Positions 20,576 through 30,215 of a stretch of 64,000 nt of DNA are shown here, piece by piece. A model generated the notes under the pieces. It was given only the letters and a program-made list of their open reading frames with translations. It searched no databases and was not told the origin of the DNA. The translations under genes were made by a program, and so were the position numbers. The stretch spans positions 1 through 64,000 of IMG/VR virus record IMGVR_UViG_3300021255_002065; one strand, written 5' to 3'. Every line of letters starts with the position of its first letter. Position 1 is the first letter of the stretch. The stretch is from a virus (lineage: Duplodnaviria; Caudoviricetes).

Positions 20576-20602
20576 AAAAACGCCCCCGGAATGGGGGCGT
20601 TT
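20576..20602. terminator. Bidirectional terminator
   Basis: AAAAACGCCCCC-ggaat-GGGGGCGTTT between convergent genes. Confidence 0.8.
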
Positions 20603-20609
20603 GTGTTGA

Positions 20610-21104
20610 TTAACCGAATACCTTTTCGTCGAATTCTTTCAGCTTTTCTTTCGTCATACTAACAGTAATGACGAAATCACTACCGCAGGAAGAACGGTTT
20701 GACCGAATGCCTCTGACTACGAAATCCTTACCGAGAACCCCGAAGAGGCTTCTTAGAATTTCGTACACATCCAGAACGATTCTGTATTCGTGGTCTTCTG
20801 TTCCGGGAAGCTTCACCCGAACAAGTTTTTCGTCACCATGTACGAATCTCTTAATCATGTCTCGGACAGTGGACTTGATAAGAATCTCATTTTCCGAAAT
20901 ATAAGAATCTTCCACGATTGACGGGTCAAGTACTACACGGAGTCTGTCGTAGTCATTCGTATCAACGGCAATATGCATTGTATCAGTGTTATATTCAATA
21001 CCACCAATTGTGTCGCAGAGATATTTCTTGATGACATACTGGTTTGCACTGATGGTTGCGATACCATCTTCAAATGGAACCCAACCATGATAATTTCTTT
21101 TCAT
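20610..21104 (-). CDS. Hypothetical protein (164 aa)
   Basis: SD GAAAGGAAG, preceded by a UUCG hairpin. Confidence 0.8.
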   Translation of the reverse strand: MKRNYHGWVPFEDGIATISANQYVIKKYLCDTIGGIEYNTDTMHIAVDTNDYDRLRVVLDPSIVEDSYISENEILIKSTVRDMIKRFVHGDEKLVRVKLPGTEDHEYRIVLDVYEILRSLFGVLGKDFVVRGIRSNRSSCGSDFVITVSMTKEKLKEFDEKVFG

Positions 21105-21157
21105 AACAAATCTTCCTTTCTTAATGTGTTCCCTCCCCGAAGGGAGGGATGTTTTGT

Positions 21158-21904
21158 TTAGAAATATCTATTAATCAAGTCCTCGTAATCGGGAACCCGT
21201 TTGTGAATGATTTCGCACATATTTCTGTTTGAAATAGTGTGAATGTTCCGATTGTAGTGTAAATCTCGGAATGCCTCACCTCTGTCAAAATTGTTTTGAA
21301 CAAGACTTTGGCACACCTGTTCAACGTCATGGTATGTCAGCTTGTTTCTCTCGGTACTACCACGTTTACTGAGTCTGAGGTTACTCAGCCGACAATCCGC
21401 ACGATTGCCGTTATCATGGATTATTATGAGTCCCATTTGTTCGGCAATCTTTTGTTCTTTCTTTGGGAAGAATGTCGACACCATAATTTTGTCAATGCGT
21501 ACCTTTTTCATACCATGTTGACCAGGAACCGATATGATAGCATCTCCTGTCGCATTAAACTCATATCCATCCAGTTTCTTATTGCCGATGATAACCATGC
21601 CTTCTTTATTTACTAATACGGATTCGCATCCTTCAGCACGCACATAGCCGTCAGGCACCTCGAATTGAGGGCTATCTTCAACAGTAGGTTCAGGTTCGGA
21701 TACGGATGCTTCATTGACAGGCTCTTTGACAACCTCTTTCTTGACATCGATAGCTTCACGGATGATATCCATAGCTGTCAGGAATTCAGTATCATCAACG
21801 AGTTCCAGTACCTTAACTGCCTTGTCAAAGTCAACATCCATAATGCTGTTAGCCAATTCCTTGGCAGCATATGCCAAGCGTTCAATTTTATCGAATTCTT
21901 TCAT
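21158..21904 (-). CDS. Protein with a degenerate HNH (homing-endonuclease type) domain
   Basis: VRIDKIMVSTFF...IIHDNGNRADCRLSNL resembles VHRLVA..F...H.NG...DNR..NL. Confidence 0.6.
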   Translation of the reverse strand: MKEFDKIERLAYAAKELANSIMDVDFDKAVKVLELVDDTEFLTAMDIIREAIDVKKEVVKEPVNEASVSEPEPTVEDSPQFEVPDGYVRAEGCESVLVNKEGMVIIGNKKLDGYEFNATGDAIISVPGQHGMKKVRIDKIMVSTFFPKKEQKIAEQMGLIIIHDNGNRADCRLSNLRLSKRGSTERNKLTYHDVEQVCQSLVQNNFDRGEAFRDLHYNRNIHTISNRNMCEIIHKRVPDYEDLINRYF

Positions 21905-21932
21905 AACAAATCTTCCTTTCTAATTATTTTTA

Positions 21933-22508
21933 TCACTGAGCGAGTAATTCTAATGCTTCGTCTATGATATGATGATACTCAGACCACCAATCAGCTGCAT
22001 CCTTTTTATCGAAGCCTGCACATTGACAGTTTTCTTCAGCAACCAGTGCTTGACACATGACGGGACGTTCATCATATGACAGTTTACAACCAACCTTATC
22101 AATGAAGTGAATGCATTCACCGCCGAATGAACAGTCGACATATGGATTATCATCATTAAGTCCGAACATGTCCCGGAACAGCATAAGTGCTTCCAGACCA
22201 AACATATCCATTTCGAACGGGGAACCCGCCCATGGTACATTCGGTTTATGAGGAGGACGAATGAACCATCCATTATCATGTTCTTCAGAATATCCCTCGT
22301 AACAGTCAAGGACGTATTCCTCTGTCTTTTTAAGCAGGTTGGCGATTGCTTCCGGGGTGATATCCTTCGGATTATCAAAGAGCTGCCACGGGCCATATGC
22401 ACCGGCATAATGACGACAACAAGCACCATTGCATTTTGCACACAGTTCATGGTTTTCGGATGTGTCATTATTATCAAAATGAACAATCACATTTTCGGGT
22501 TTCTTCAT
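21933..22508 (-). CDS. YkgJ-like CxxCxxCC Zn/Fe-chelating cysteine-cluster protein
   Basis: CAKCNGACC ... ECIHF...GCKLSYDERPVMC. Confidence 0.75.
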   Translation of the reverse strand: MKKPENVIVHFDNNDTSENHELCAKCNGACCRHYAGAYGPWQLFDNPKDITPEAIANLLKKTEEYVLDCYEGYSEEHDNGWFIRPPHKPNVPWAGSPFEMDMFGLEALMLFRDMFGLNDDNPYVDCSFGGECIHFIDKVGCKLSYDERPVMCQALVAEENCQCAGFDKKDAADWWSEYHHIIDEALELLAQ

Positions 22509-22529
22509 AATAATTACCTCTACTTTCTT

Positions 22530-22709
22530 TTAATTGTTGGGAATTGTGATATATGCTATTTTATGAAACCTCGTTCCTAGCAGTTTATTTAATATCGACA
22601 AATCCAGCTCATTAATGATGAATGGTTTGTCTAATTCAGTTGTGGTTTTGCCCTCGGTGGTTTCGGGGGCTTTACCATTCCAACTGATATCGACATTGGT
22701 TGTATTCAT
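22530..22709 (-). CDS. Small hypothetical protein
   Basis: SD AAAGGAG before MNTTN. Confidence 0.6.
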   Translation of the reverse strand: MNTTNVDISWNGKAPETTEGKTTTELDKPFIINELDLSILNKLLGTRFHKIAYITIPNN

Positions 22710-22772
22710 TTTTATCACTCCTTTAAAATATAATGATAATACCCGCCTTTCGGCGGGTATTTATTATTTTTA

Positions 22773-23366
22773 TTAACTCTCTTTGAAGATATCAAACTGA
22801 CGAGCATAACTAGGAAGTGCAGACAAATGCCGAAACAGTTCAAACATATTATTTATCTCTTTATCGTCAGTGCGATATTCCTTGTACAAAGTCATTTGAC
22901 AAACTCCGCTGATAAGCACATTAAGATCCATAATCGGACCTTCCGGACTGATGATACGGGTTTCTGCATTCATCATGGGATTGAACGACCATAAAACACG
23001 GAAGAATCTCATTAACACTCCCGGTTTTGTGATATCATTGGAAGTTGTTAATGCCAGTATCACATCTTTACTCCATTCAAATTCTACAATTCCAAGTGGA
23101 ACAATCGGTGGAATGATAGTCATGTTTTCCGAACTCAGCGGATGTTTGTAGTCGAGCTTTTTCTGTTTATCAGCAAGCTCAGCAAATTTGCTTGCTTGAT
23201 ATGTCTTGCATGTTTTTTCAGGATGCAATTCTTTGATACGTGCAGTCACCATATCTAAGAGTGCCAATTGTAATTCACATGCTTTTGTTGTGTGGGCAAC
23301 ATACGAATGAACATGAGTTGAAATGTCCGCATTCATGAATTCGTAATCTCTGTTTAAATATTCCAT
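22773..23366 (-). CDS. Hypothetical protein
   Basis: SD AGAGGT before MEYLN. Confidence 0.75.
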   Translation of the reverse strand: MEYLNRDYEFMNADISTHVHSYVAHTTKACELQLALLDMVTARIKELHPEKTCKTYQASKFAELADKQKKLDYKHPLSSENMTIIPPIVPLGIVEFEWSKDVILALTTSNDITKPGVLMRFFRVLWSFNPMMNAETRIISPEGPIMDLNVLISGVCQMTLYKEYRTDDKEINNMFELFRHLSALPSYARQFDIFKES

Positions 23367-23476
23367 AATAATTACCTCTGCTTTCATTAGCATATTATAT
23401 TTAAACAAGGCCCATGTGGGCCTTGTTTATGTACGTATATTTGACTAAGCGTCACGATTTTAAGTAGCATACAAAA

Positions 23477-23638
23477 TCACAGTGTATTGGGATTTGCAAG
23501 CTTATGGAGATTTGGTTTATGACGGATGATAGTCGAAGTCGGATATTCGAATGAGTTGATAATAGCGGATGTTCGGCTGGTCTTAAACGGATATTCGAAT
23601 GCATTCATATTGATATCAAAGATATTTGTTTTCATCAT
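23477..23638 (-). CDS. Unannotated 53-aa ORF (MMKTNIFDINMNAFEYPFKTS...)
   Basis: SD AGAGGTG; co-oriented and fills the gap between genes. Confidence 0.5.
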   Translation of the reverse strand: MMKTNIFDINMNAFEYPFKTSRTSAIINSFEYPTSTIIRHKPNLHKLANPNTL

Positions 23639-23674
23639 TATTTCACCTCTTTTCTTTGGACGACAGATGTATTG

Positions 23675-23977
23675 TCAGTCCTTCATTTCAAATTCATAGA
23701 TACCGAGTTCCTCAGGGCGATAACATTTATCCAAGTAGATGACATCTCTTTCGGCGTCATATAAATGAACAAATTCTGGTTCCTTTGCCCAGATATCACC
23801 TTTGATAATTCTCTTAACGACACGGATGATTTCATGAATCCATGATTCGCCGCGTTCTTCTTTTTTGATTTGTTTGCGAATTCTTTTGAGTTCTGCATTT
23901 GACGTTCCCTTTTTGGATTTCGTCTTTCTGATGCCGAGTTTCTGTTCAAGTTCCTGCAGATTAATCTTTAATTCCAT
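23675..23977 (-). CDS. Basic hypothetical protein (100 aa)
   Basis: SD GAAAGGA. Confidence 0.75.
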   Translation of the reverse strand: MELKINLQELEQKLGIRKTKSKKGTSNAELKRIRKQIKKEERGESWIHEIIRVVKRIIKGDIWAKEPEFVHLYDAERDVIYLDKCYRPEELGIYEFEMKD

Positions 23978-24106
23978 GATTCATTATCCTTTCTGAATTG
24001 GGACTTCCATGTTTGGATAGTCTTTAAGTTGTTTATGATCAGTTTATTTTCATAAGATCCTCCGAATGTCCAATACTCGGAGGATCTTTATTTTTGTGCA
24101 TATATT

Positions 24107-24967
24107 TTATCTCTTTCTCTCACGAAAAGTTTCCAGCATGAGAGGAGCAATCACATGGTCGATATATTTCTCACTCAATCCCAAATTCCTCAGTGTTTCT
24201 GGGAATCGAGCAATTTCATATATCATGTTATTGAAATCGATATCGATGATAACGAATTCTTTCTGATTGATTGAAAACTCAATCAATGCGCCTGTATCAT
24301 TAATGTCAAATCGATATCCTACTGGGATGGGAGGTTCATGTTTTTCACCGGTTGGTAATTCACCATTGATTCGTGTCGTAACAGTGCTGCCATTTTCATC
24401 ATTCTTCAAATGGAGACTGTTAACGGGATTGATGAATTTAAACCCATCAACATATACCATGACATTTGTGATGGCATTATACCACCAATTGTTGATTTCT
24501 CTTAGAAGATTTGGAATTCTAATATGGTTGTCTGTCAGTTTATTCAACAATACATGACGCACCATTTCCATCCGTTCTTCCATTGGAGACATCACCCTTT
24601 GTGGAGGTGGTGCTACAGGAGGTACGTTGAAATATCCCACGGGCTCCGAAACTGGAGCCTGAGGAATATTATTCGCTGTAGAGATGGGCTGAGGCTGATG
24701 GTTTGTCGTCAGATTGTTGGACTTTCCGAAGTTATTACTGACCAACTGGTGGGTGGGTTCCGGAGCAGGAGCAGGTTCTGCAACAGGTGTTGGATGAACC
24801 GGTGTCGGATGATTGTTTACGGGAATGACATCACCTTCCACCATATCAATCTGGATGTCAAGATGATTGTCATTCATTTCAGCTGTCAATTTTTCGACAG
24901 CCTCAACAGGGTTTGTGCAGTTCAGTACGACATAAGATTTGCCGTTAATTGTAATCGTGTAGTTCAT
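24107..24967 (-). CDS. Hypothetical protein with a Pro/Asn-rich linker
   Basis: SD AAAGTGAGG; UUCG hairpin upstream. Confidence 0.8.
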   Translation of the reverse strand: MNYTITINGKSYVVLNCTNPVEAVEKLTAEMNDNHLDIQIDMVEGDVIPVNNHPTPVHPTPVAEPAPAPEPTHQLVSNNFGKSNNLTTNHQPQPISTANNIPQAPVSEPVGYFNVPPVAPPPQRVMSPMEERMEMVRHVLLNKLTDNHIRIPNLLREINNWWYNAITNVMVYVDGFKFINPVNSLHLKNDENGSTVTTRINGELPTGEKHEPPIPVGYRFDINDTGALIEFSINQKEFVIIDIDFNNMIYEIARFPETLRNLGLSEKYIDHVIAPLMLETFRERKR

Positions 24968-25026
24968 AAAATTTTCCTCACTTTCTTAATGTGTCCCCCG
25001 CCGAAGCGGGGGAAGATTGTTATTGA

Positions 25027-26286
25027 TTACTTGCAGTTTGTATTGTTACGGCCACCATTGAAAGAATCAATGATGATATCACCACTAACATTGAATGTGA
25101 TATTGCCGGAGATATCTGTCATGTCACCAGTTGTTAGATTCAGACCGATGTCACCTGTATTGACATCAAGCGCCTCGATGTCAGGAACATCAACGGACTT
25201 CATCATCGGTACAGAAGCCTCAGGATATCCAACCGGAATTGATACCTGTTTTACTGTTGCTGTCTGTGGCGGTGTGGTGGTATCCTCCGGGGATGCATCA
25301 GAATCAGGTTCTGCTTTATCGCCGTCACAATTGTTACTGGGTTCCAGCGGCTGGACACCCTCTTCGCAATCGATACAACCCTGGCACACTTCCTTATTTC
25401 CTTTGTCATCGCAATTATTGCAGCAATGCTTTTCTTTATCAAGCAAGGGTGTGACGTGACCAGGTTCCGAAGCAGACAATTTCGTCGACCCACAATCCTT
25501 GTCAATGAGGACTATCTTAGTCAAGCGACTCATCACGCCCTCATTTGAGGTGATACTGATATCACCTACGCTCCATCTTCTGCTATATCCCAAATCAGAT
25601 ACCATTCCCGATTCATGGAACTCTTTAAATGAAGGCATTCCGTCATCATTTAAATAATCAAGCACGATTTTAAGTGCCTTATTGTGTGATATTGTCAAAA
25701 CGCCAATCAGGTTGGTAGTCAAACCATTGTTGTTGATTTCAACGTCGAAAATCTTCGCATTTGCAGATGATAATGCATATCGAATATCTTCTGCAGTATT
25801 TGCATCAGGCTCCTTGTCAGTGTCGATGACGATATATTTATATTTTTCCTTCATGTTATCACCCTCCACATTAGTAGCATTCACGTTGGTAGCATCTTCG
25901 AGATTGATACCGAGTACTTCGGAAATCAAACCGGCATAAGCTGCTTCCATACCCGGAAGCTTTTCGGAAGCTACTTGCGCTTCTTCCAATTTATGTCTGA
26001 GGGTATCAAACCTCTTCAGCACGGCTTCATATCCAGAAGCGGTGAAGTTGTACAGTTTGCCATCTACCGTGAAGGTATCGTTGGCGTTATGGTTCGGAGC
26101 ATCCATCAGATTGATGATTGTATGATAAAGCATATCGTCATGCTTATCCTGATACGTGTGGAGTTTTTCACTCGTCACACGTGTAACGGCAATTTCATTT
26201 GCCATCATGGAAATTTTGGCACCATCATCGTGACGGTTTCTTTTTGCAGCGGATACGGATGTCAGATTGTTATTATTGTTTTTCAT
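25027..26286 (-). CDS. Hypothetical mosaic protein (419 aa) with a small Cys cluster
   Basis: SD GAAAGGA; CCNNC...CQGCIDC. Confidence 0.75.
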   Translation of the reverse strand: MKNNNNNLTSVSAAKRNRHDDGAKISMMANEIAVTRVTSEKLHTYQDKHDDMLYHTIINLMDAPNHNANDTFTVDGKLYNFTASGYEAVLKRFDTLRHKLEEAQVASEKLPGMEAAYAGLISEVLGINLEDATNVNATNVEGDNMKEKYKYIVIDTDKEPDANTAEDIRYALSSANAKIFDVEINNNGLTTNLIGVLTISHNKALKIVLDYLNDDGMPSFKEFHESGMVSDLGYSRRWSVGDISITSNEGVMSRLTKIVLIDKDCGSTKLSASEPGHVTPLLDKEKHCCNNCDDKGNKEVCQGCIDCEEGVQPLEPSNNCDGDKAEPDSDASPEDTTTPPQTATVKQVSIPVGYPEASVPMMKSVDVPDIEALDVNTGDIGLNLTTGDMTDISGNITFNVSGDIIIDSFNGGRNNTNCK

Positions 26287-26391
26287 GATAAATTATCCTT
26301 TCTGAAATAAGTTTGGAATCCTTAACATTTGTGTAAGATTCCTTTGATTTGATATACATTTATTTTGGCGGATATTCGAACAAGGGAATGC

Positions 26392-26547
26392 TCAATATTG
26401 ATACAGGTATTGAGCAATGTAGTTTCCACCAATCAGTGGAACTACTTCGATGTCTTCGATTTTAACGTTCTTCAATCCCTTTTCCAAAAGTTTTTTCAGA
26501 ACATCAGATTTGATGACATCGATTTCTGATTGTGTAAATTGCTTCAT
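26392..26547 (-). CDS. Unannotated 51-aa ORF (MKQFTQSEIDVIKSDVLKKLLEKG...)
   Basis: SD GAAAGGGGTG; protein-like composition. Confidence 0.65.
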   Translation of the reverse strand: MKQFTQSEIDVIKSDVLKKLLEKGLKNVKIEDIEVVPLIGGNYIAQYLYQY

Positions 26548-26668
26548 TTCCATCACCCCTTTCTATAATTGGATTTTCTTTTAAGCAATCATACACATCA
26601 TCCTTTCTCCCGAATTAACCATCGGGAGAGTAGTTTAACGACCTGCTCAGGTCGATTTTCATAACCAG

Positions 26669-26690
26669 ATCCCCGGCATATGCCGGGGAT
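26669..26690. repeat. Perfect palindrome, ATAT-centred family
   Basis: ATCCCCGGCATATGCCGGGGAT. Confidence 0.9.
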
Positions 26691-26704
26691 TGGTAGCATA
26701 CATT

Positions 26705-27436
26705 TTATACTTCGTGATATCTTAGATAAGCATCACAGAACTCATCAATCATCCTGTCACGATTCTCGATGATTTTCTTTTGTTCATCTCTCGGTATTAA
26801 TTTTACCAGAACCGAAAGCTTTTCGGGAATCATATGGAATGTCACTTTTACAGGAAGCTTCGTTCTCCATGATTCACCCATAATTGCGGCTTGAATGTGA
26901 ATACCAAGTTGATGGTCACGTACATACACTTTACGCATTTCTGCTTCTCCAAGGATTGTTCCAGATTCTGTTTCTAATCCAGAAAGATGTCGAAGCACAT
27001 TTCCATAGTCGTCCCGGAATCCCAAGTCTTCCGGTTTTTCCAGTGCTAAACCGTATCCTTTGATAATTTGCTTGATACGATATGCTTCGGGGATTATATT
27101 CTTATCCATGGACAATTTGTCAGAATGAATATATTCATCACTGTCAATCTGGATATAGAACATGTTTGCTCGAATAGGACGAACGAATCTGCAGAAACAG
27201 TCATGTCCATTTGTTATTCCTGCAGCTTTGAATGCCGGACTTAAGAATTCATTCTGTATATCTGCCGATGACCTGACCATGCTTGCAAAGATGCAGTTTC
27301 TGATATCTTTCGATTCAGGATGTTCTTTTGCAAACATTAATATCGCCCGTATTGCTGCCGGGCACATATTTTTTCCAATATACCATTCGGCATATCTGTC
27401 GAAGTCTTCAACTTCATACTTTTCAAGGTCTCTCAT
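26705..27436 (-). CDS. Hypothetical protein
   Basis: Start corrected to MRDLEK, after the SD AAAGTGAGG. Confidence 0.75.
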   Translation of the reverse strand: MRDLEKYEVEDFDRYAEWYIGKNMCPAAIRAILMFAKEHPESKDIRNCIFASMVRSSADIQNEFLSPAFKAAGITNGHDCFCRFVRPIRANMFYIQIDSDEYIHSDKLSMDKNIIPEAYRIKQIIKGYGLALEKPEDLGFRDDYGNVLRHLSGLETESGTILGEAEMRKVYVRDHQLGIHIQAAIMGESWRTKLPVKVTFHMIPEKLSVLVKLIPRDEQKKIIENRDRMIDEFCDAYLRYHEV

Positions 27437-27491
27437 AATTATTTTCCTCACTTTCATATTGTGCCCTCCCCGAAGGGAGGGATGATTGTTT

Positions 27492-28220
27492 TTATTCTGC
27501 GTAATAACCCAGTGAATATCCAACCCTTCCTTCTGGGATTTCCAGCGGGCTAATTGTAATACCGATTTTTTCATGAAGCAATTCGGATGACCTTGCTTCT
27601 AAGTGCATTTCATCCTTTTCTTCTACCACTTCCCATGACAGATTCTTCAACGCTTCAACTTCATCGCATGGAATCATGTCCGAGACGTGATTCGGAGCGG
27701 TTTTGAAGATATTGAATGCGTGTCTTGCGTTACGTGCATGCACCACACATTCTTCTCCACCATAATTCCAGTTAATTTCAATTGACATTAATCTGTCTTT
27801 GGTACGGCAATAGGATAATCTGTTGCCATAGGAATCCAGGTCATGCAGTGCCAATCTCTTGCTGAGAACATCTGCAACCTTCTCAATGTTTTTGTCCGAG
27901 AGTTCATCGTTCTTCTCCTGGTGATGATACCAGTAGTCGAATACGACGATATCGGGATGCAGCTGTTCCAGCTCGTCACCTAACTTGATTAATTCCTCAT
28001 CTGAGAATTTATCATCCGATGAGATGATGCCCGTTACGATACGAGCATCCATTAATTCTGTACTGGTAACTCCCGTTTCGGACGCATAGTCCGAGATGGC
28101 AAACCCGCAAAAGTGATACAAGCCAGTTGTTTCGGACTCTTTCAGAGATTTCACATTGGTCAATTCCGAAACCTTGTTCAATTCCATTTCTTCGATGATT
28201 TTATTCTTATTCTGTGCCAT
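27492..28220 (-). CDS. Hypothetical protein
   Basis: SD AAAGTGAGG before MAQNK. Confidence 0.75.
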   Translation of the reverse strand: MAQNKNKIIEEMELNKVSELTNVKSLKESETTGLYHFCGFAISDYASETGVTSTELMDARIVTGIISSDDKFSDEELIKLGDELEQLHPDIVVFDYWYHHQEKNDELSDKNIEKVADVLSKRLALHDLDSYGNRLSYCRTKDRLMSIEINWNYGGEECVVHARNARHAFNIFKTAPNHVSDMIPCDEVEALKNLSWEVVEEKDEMHLEARSSELLHEKIGITISPLEIPEGRVGYSLGYYAE

Positions 28221-28241
28221 GATTATTTTCCTCACTTTCTA

Positions 28242-28667
28242 TTATACAAACATCTGCATCGAGCAGAAGCTTTTCAGTGCCAGATATTTCTTACCAGCAC
28301 AATTTACACTAGACTGATAGATGACGGGATGCTCTTCTGCATTGATTGCTTCACGAGCATTTCTTGCAACACGTTCGATTTCCATAACTGAAACGCGACT
28401 TGCATCATTCATTCTGTGAGCTCTTTCTTCAAGACTACTCTTGTCGAGTTCCATCACAGTCCAACTCTCGGAAGTATCCACAATAATGTGAATATTGTTA
28501 GACGGCTCACCGAATCCAGCCCGGTCTTTGATGATATAATCAATCCCGGTTGTTTTTCCAGAGACAACGAATGCTGATGAGTATTCGTTGATTTTGGCAA
28601 GTTCGGATACTTCAAAATCGCCGTCGTTGATGAAGGCTTCCCGTAAATCTTTCATTCTGTTTTTCAT
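28242..28667 (-). CDS. Hypothetical protein
   Basis: SD AAAGTGAGG before MKNRM. Confidence 0.75.
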   Translation of the reverse strand: MKNRMKDLREAFINDGDFEVSELAKINEYSSAFVVSGKTTGIDYIIKDRAGFGEPSNNIHIIVDTSESWTVMELDKSSLEERAHRMNDASRVSVMEIERVARNAREAINAEEHPVIYQSSVNCAGKKYLALKSFCSMQMFV

Positions 28668-28744
28668 AATCATTTTCCTCACTTTCAAAATGTGGGTGGG
28701 GTGTCCAATCCCACCCATTTGTTTTTACCGAATATTCTTTAAAG

Positions 28745-28804
28745 TCACTTGATGCGTCTCAGTAATTCTAATGCATCAAGCCAATCGAACTTTTCATTTG
28801 TCAT
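28745..28804 (-). CDS. Possible 19-aa peptide (MTNEKFDWLDALELLRRIK)
   Basis: SD GAGGTAGGTG; amphipathic helix. Confidence 0.45.
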   Translation of the reverse strand: MTNEKFDWLDALELLRRIK

Positions 28805-28839
28805 ATCAGTCACCTACCTCTCACATATGTGACTGACTG

Positions 28840-29454
28840 TCAAACGATATCTTTGCCATATTTGGCAGCCAGAGCATCACTAAAATGATTCAGCGCAGAT
28901 ATTTCTTTGTCCTTATCATGCCTGTGAATGACTTCATGTGCGACATAGCATCCAAGACCAAGGACTGCTGCACCACCAAGTCCAATTGCACTATATTTCA
29001 GCACTTTATGCTTTGTACTGCTCTTCTTCTCTTCACGAGCTTCTGTAGCATATCTCAACTCTCTCACTTCATTCAATAAGAGTTGATTATACTGGTCTTG
29101 TGTCATGCACGGACTTCCATAATTAACATAATTTGCCATTGCATTTCTCACAGCAGGTGACATATTATTCCAATCAATGGTATTCGGATTTCCTCCATTT
29201 TGTAATATTGTCTGAATAATCCTTGCCATTGTATTGGCATCAACACCCTGTTGTGCCGGTGGATTAATAATCATTGGCTGTGCTGGAGCAGTTTGATACA
29301 CAGGCTGAGTCTGGACATATTGTTGCGGTTGTTGTACTGGTATAGCTTGTGTGTTTTGTGCAGACAGTGCAGCATTTACCGCATTATCAATCATGGTTTG
29401 AATGTCCTGCGCCGTCATCATTAACGGCTGTCCTTGTGGATTCTGGTTTGCCAT
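28840..29454 (-). CDS. Gln/Pro/Asn-rich protein with a C-terminal membrane segment
   Basis: Low-complexity N-terminus and hydrophobic YSAIGLGGAAVLGLGCYVA; SD GAAAGGAG. Confidence 0.8.
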   Translation of the reverse strand: MANQNPQGQPLMMTAQDIQTMIDNAVNAALSAQNTQAIPVQQPQQYVQTQPVYQTAPAQPMIINPPAQQGVDANTMARIIQTILQNGGNPNTIDWNNMSPAVRNAMANYVNYGSPCMTQDQYNQLLLNEVRELRYATEAREEKKSSTKHKVLKYSAIGLGGAAVLGLGCYVAHEVIHRHDKDKEISALNHFSDALAAKYGKDIV

Positions 29455-29545
29455 ATTTTTCTCCTTTCATGAGAGGGGAGAGTCGACCTCTTGGGAGATT
29501 AACTCCCCCATCGTTGTGACGTTTTAATCCATCCTAAGATGGATT

Positions 29546-29738
29546 CAGGATTGTGGATGGATGAAGGCATATCGATATGAGTCTCTCGACCTGAGGTCCC
29601 TCGCTAATAGGCACACCATACATGTGAATGTATGGCCATATCGGTATGTATTGCACTTACGGGTTTGCGGTGCCTACTACTTGTTCGTAGTAACGGATGA
29701 TCAGTCCGACGCTTAGTGTACCTTCTCCACAGTTCCTG
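29546..29738 (-). ncRNA. Candidate structured RNA (about 190 nt)
   Basis: GC-richer intergenic segment with a long-range closing helix and nested hairpins. Confidence 0.45.
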
Positions 29739-29748
29739 GTTCTTTTGA

Positions 29749-29997
29749 TTACTTGTGTTTGATGGTTTCCGTGCCATAACGCTGGTCCAAATCTGCAACC
29801 ATGGCACATGTGCGGATGAATTCGATAGTTGTCATCTTTGCTACATCTTGTGTAACATTGATGATTCTGGAAGCCATTCTAAACTTGTCTACGTCAGAAT
29901 ATTCTTTCCATAACTGCTCGAAGTCATGTCTTTCTTCTGCTGTGAGAGGACGATTGCCTACAGCTTCAGCAATCACCTTTGCCTTTTCATGGTCCAT
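29749..29997 (-). CDS. Small hypothetical protein (82 aa)
   Basis: SD GGAGGT. Confidence 0.75.
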   Translation of the reverse strand: MDHEKAKVIAEAVGNRPLTAEERHDFEQLWKEYSDVDKFRMASRIINVTQDVAKMTTIEFIRTCAMVADLDQRYGTETIKHK

Positions 29998-30037
29998 TGG
30001 ATTGTACCTCCATATTTTTTATTTCGCGAACTAGGGA

Positions 30038-30193
30038 TTAAGCATGCATGAGTTTCGCGATACACTCATCAATGCTTTTTCTGACATTTGAAGATGTCAG
30101 TTGTTCAATAGAAGACTGATTGGTTTTTGCGGAGCCAATCATGTGTTTGAAGTCCTCCATATTGAACTCAACAATTGGTGAACGACGGTCCAT
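30038..30193 (-). CDS. Unannotated 51-aa protein, paralog of 30216-30365
   Basis: SD AGGGGGTG; MDRRSPIVEFNMEDFKHMIGSAKTNQSSIEQLTSSNVRKSIDECIAKLMHA. Confidence 0.7.
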   Translation of the reverse strand: MDRRSPIVEFNMEDFKHMIGSAKTNQSSIEQLTSSNVRKSIDECIAKLMHA

Positions 30194-30215
30194 CGTTTCA
30201 CCCCCTTATGCAAGC

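Noticed and set aside
24524-25459. 311-aa + strand ORF, and similar shadow ORFs such as 4729-5268 and 21962-22486
   Set aside because: They are antisense to or overlap SD-supported genes, have atypical composition and lack an RBS.
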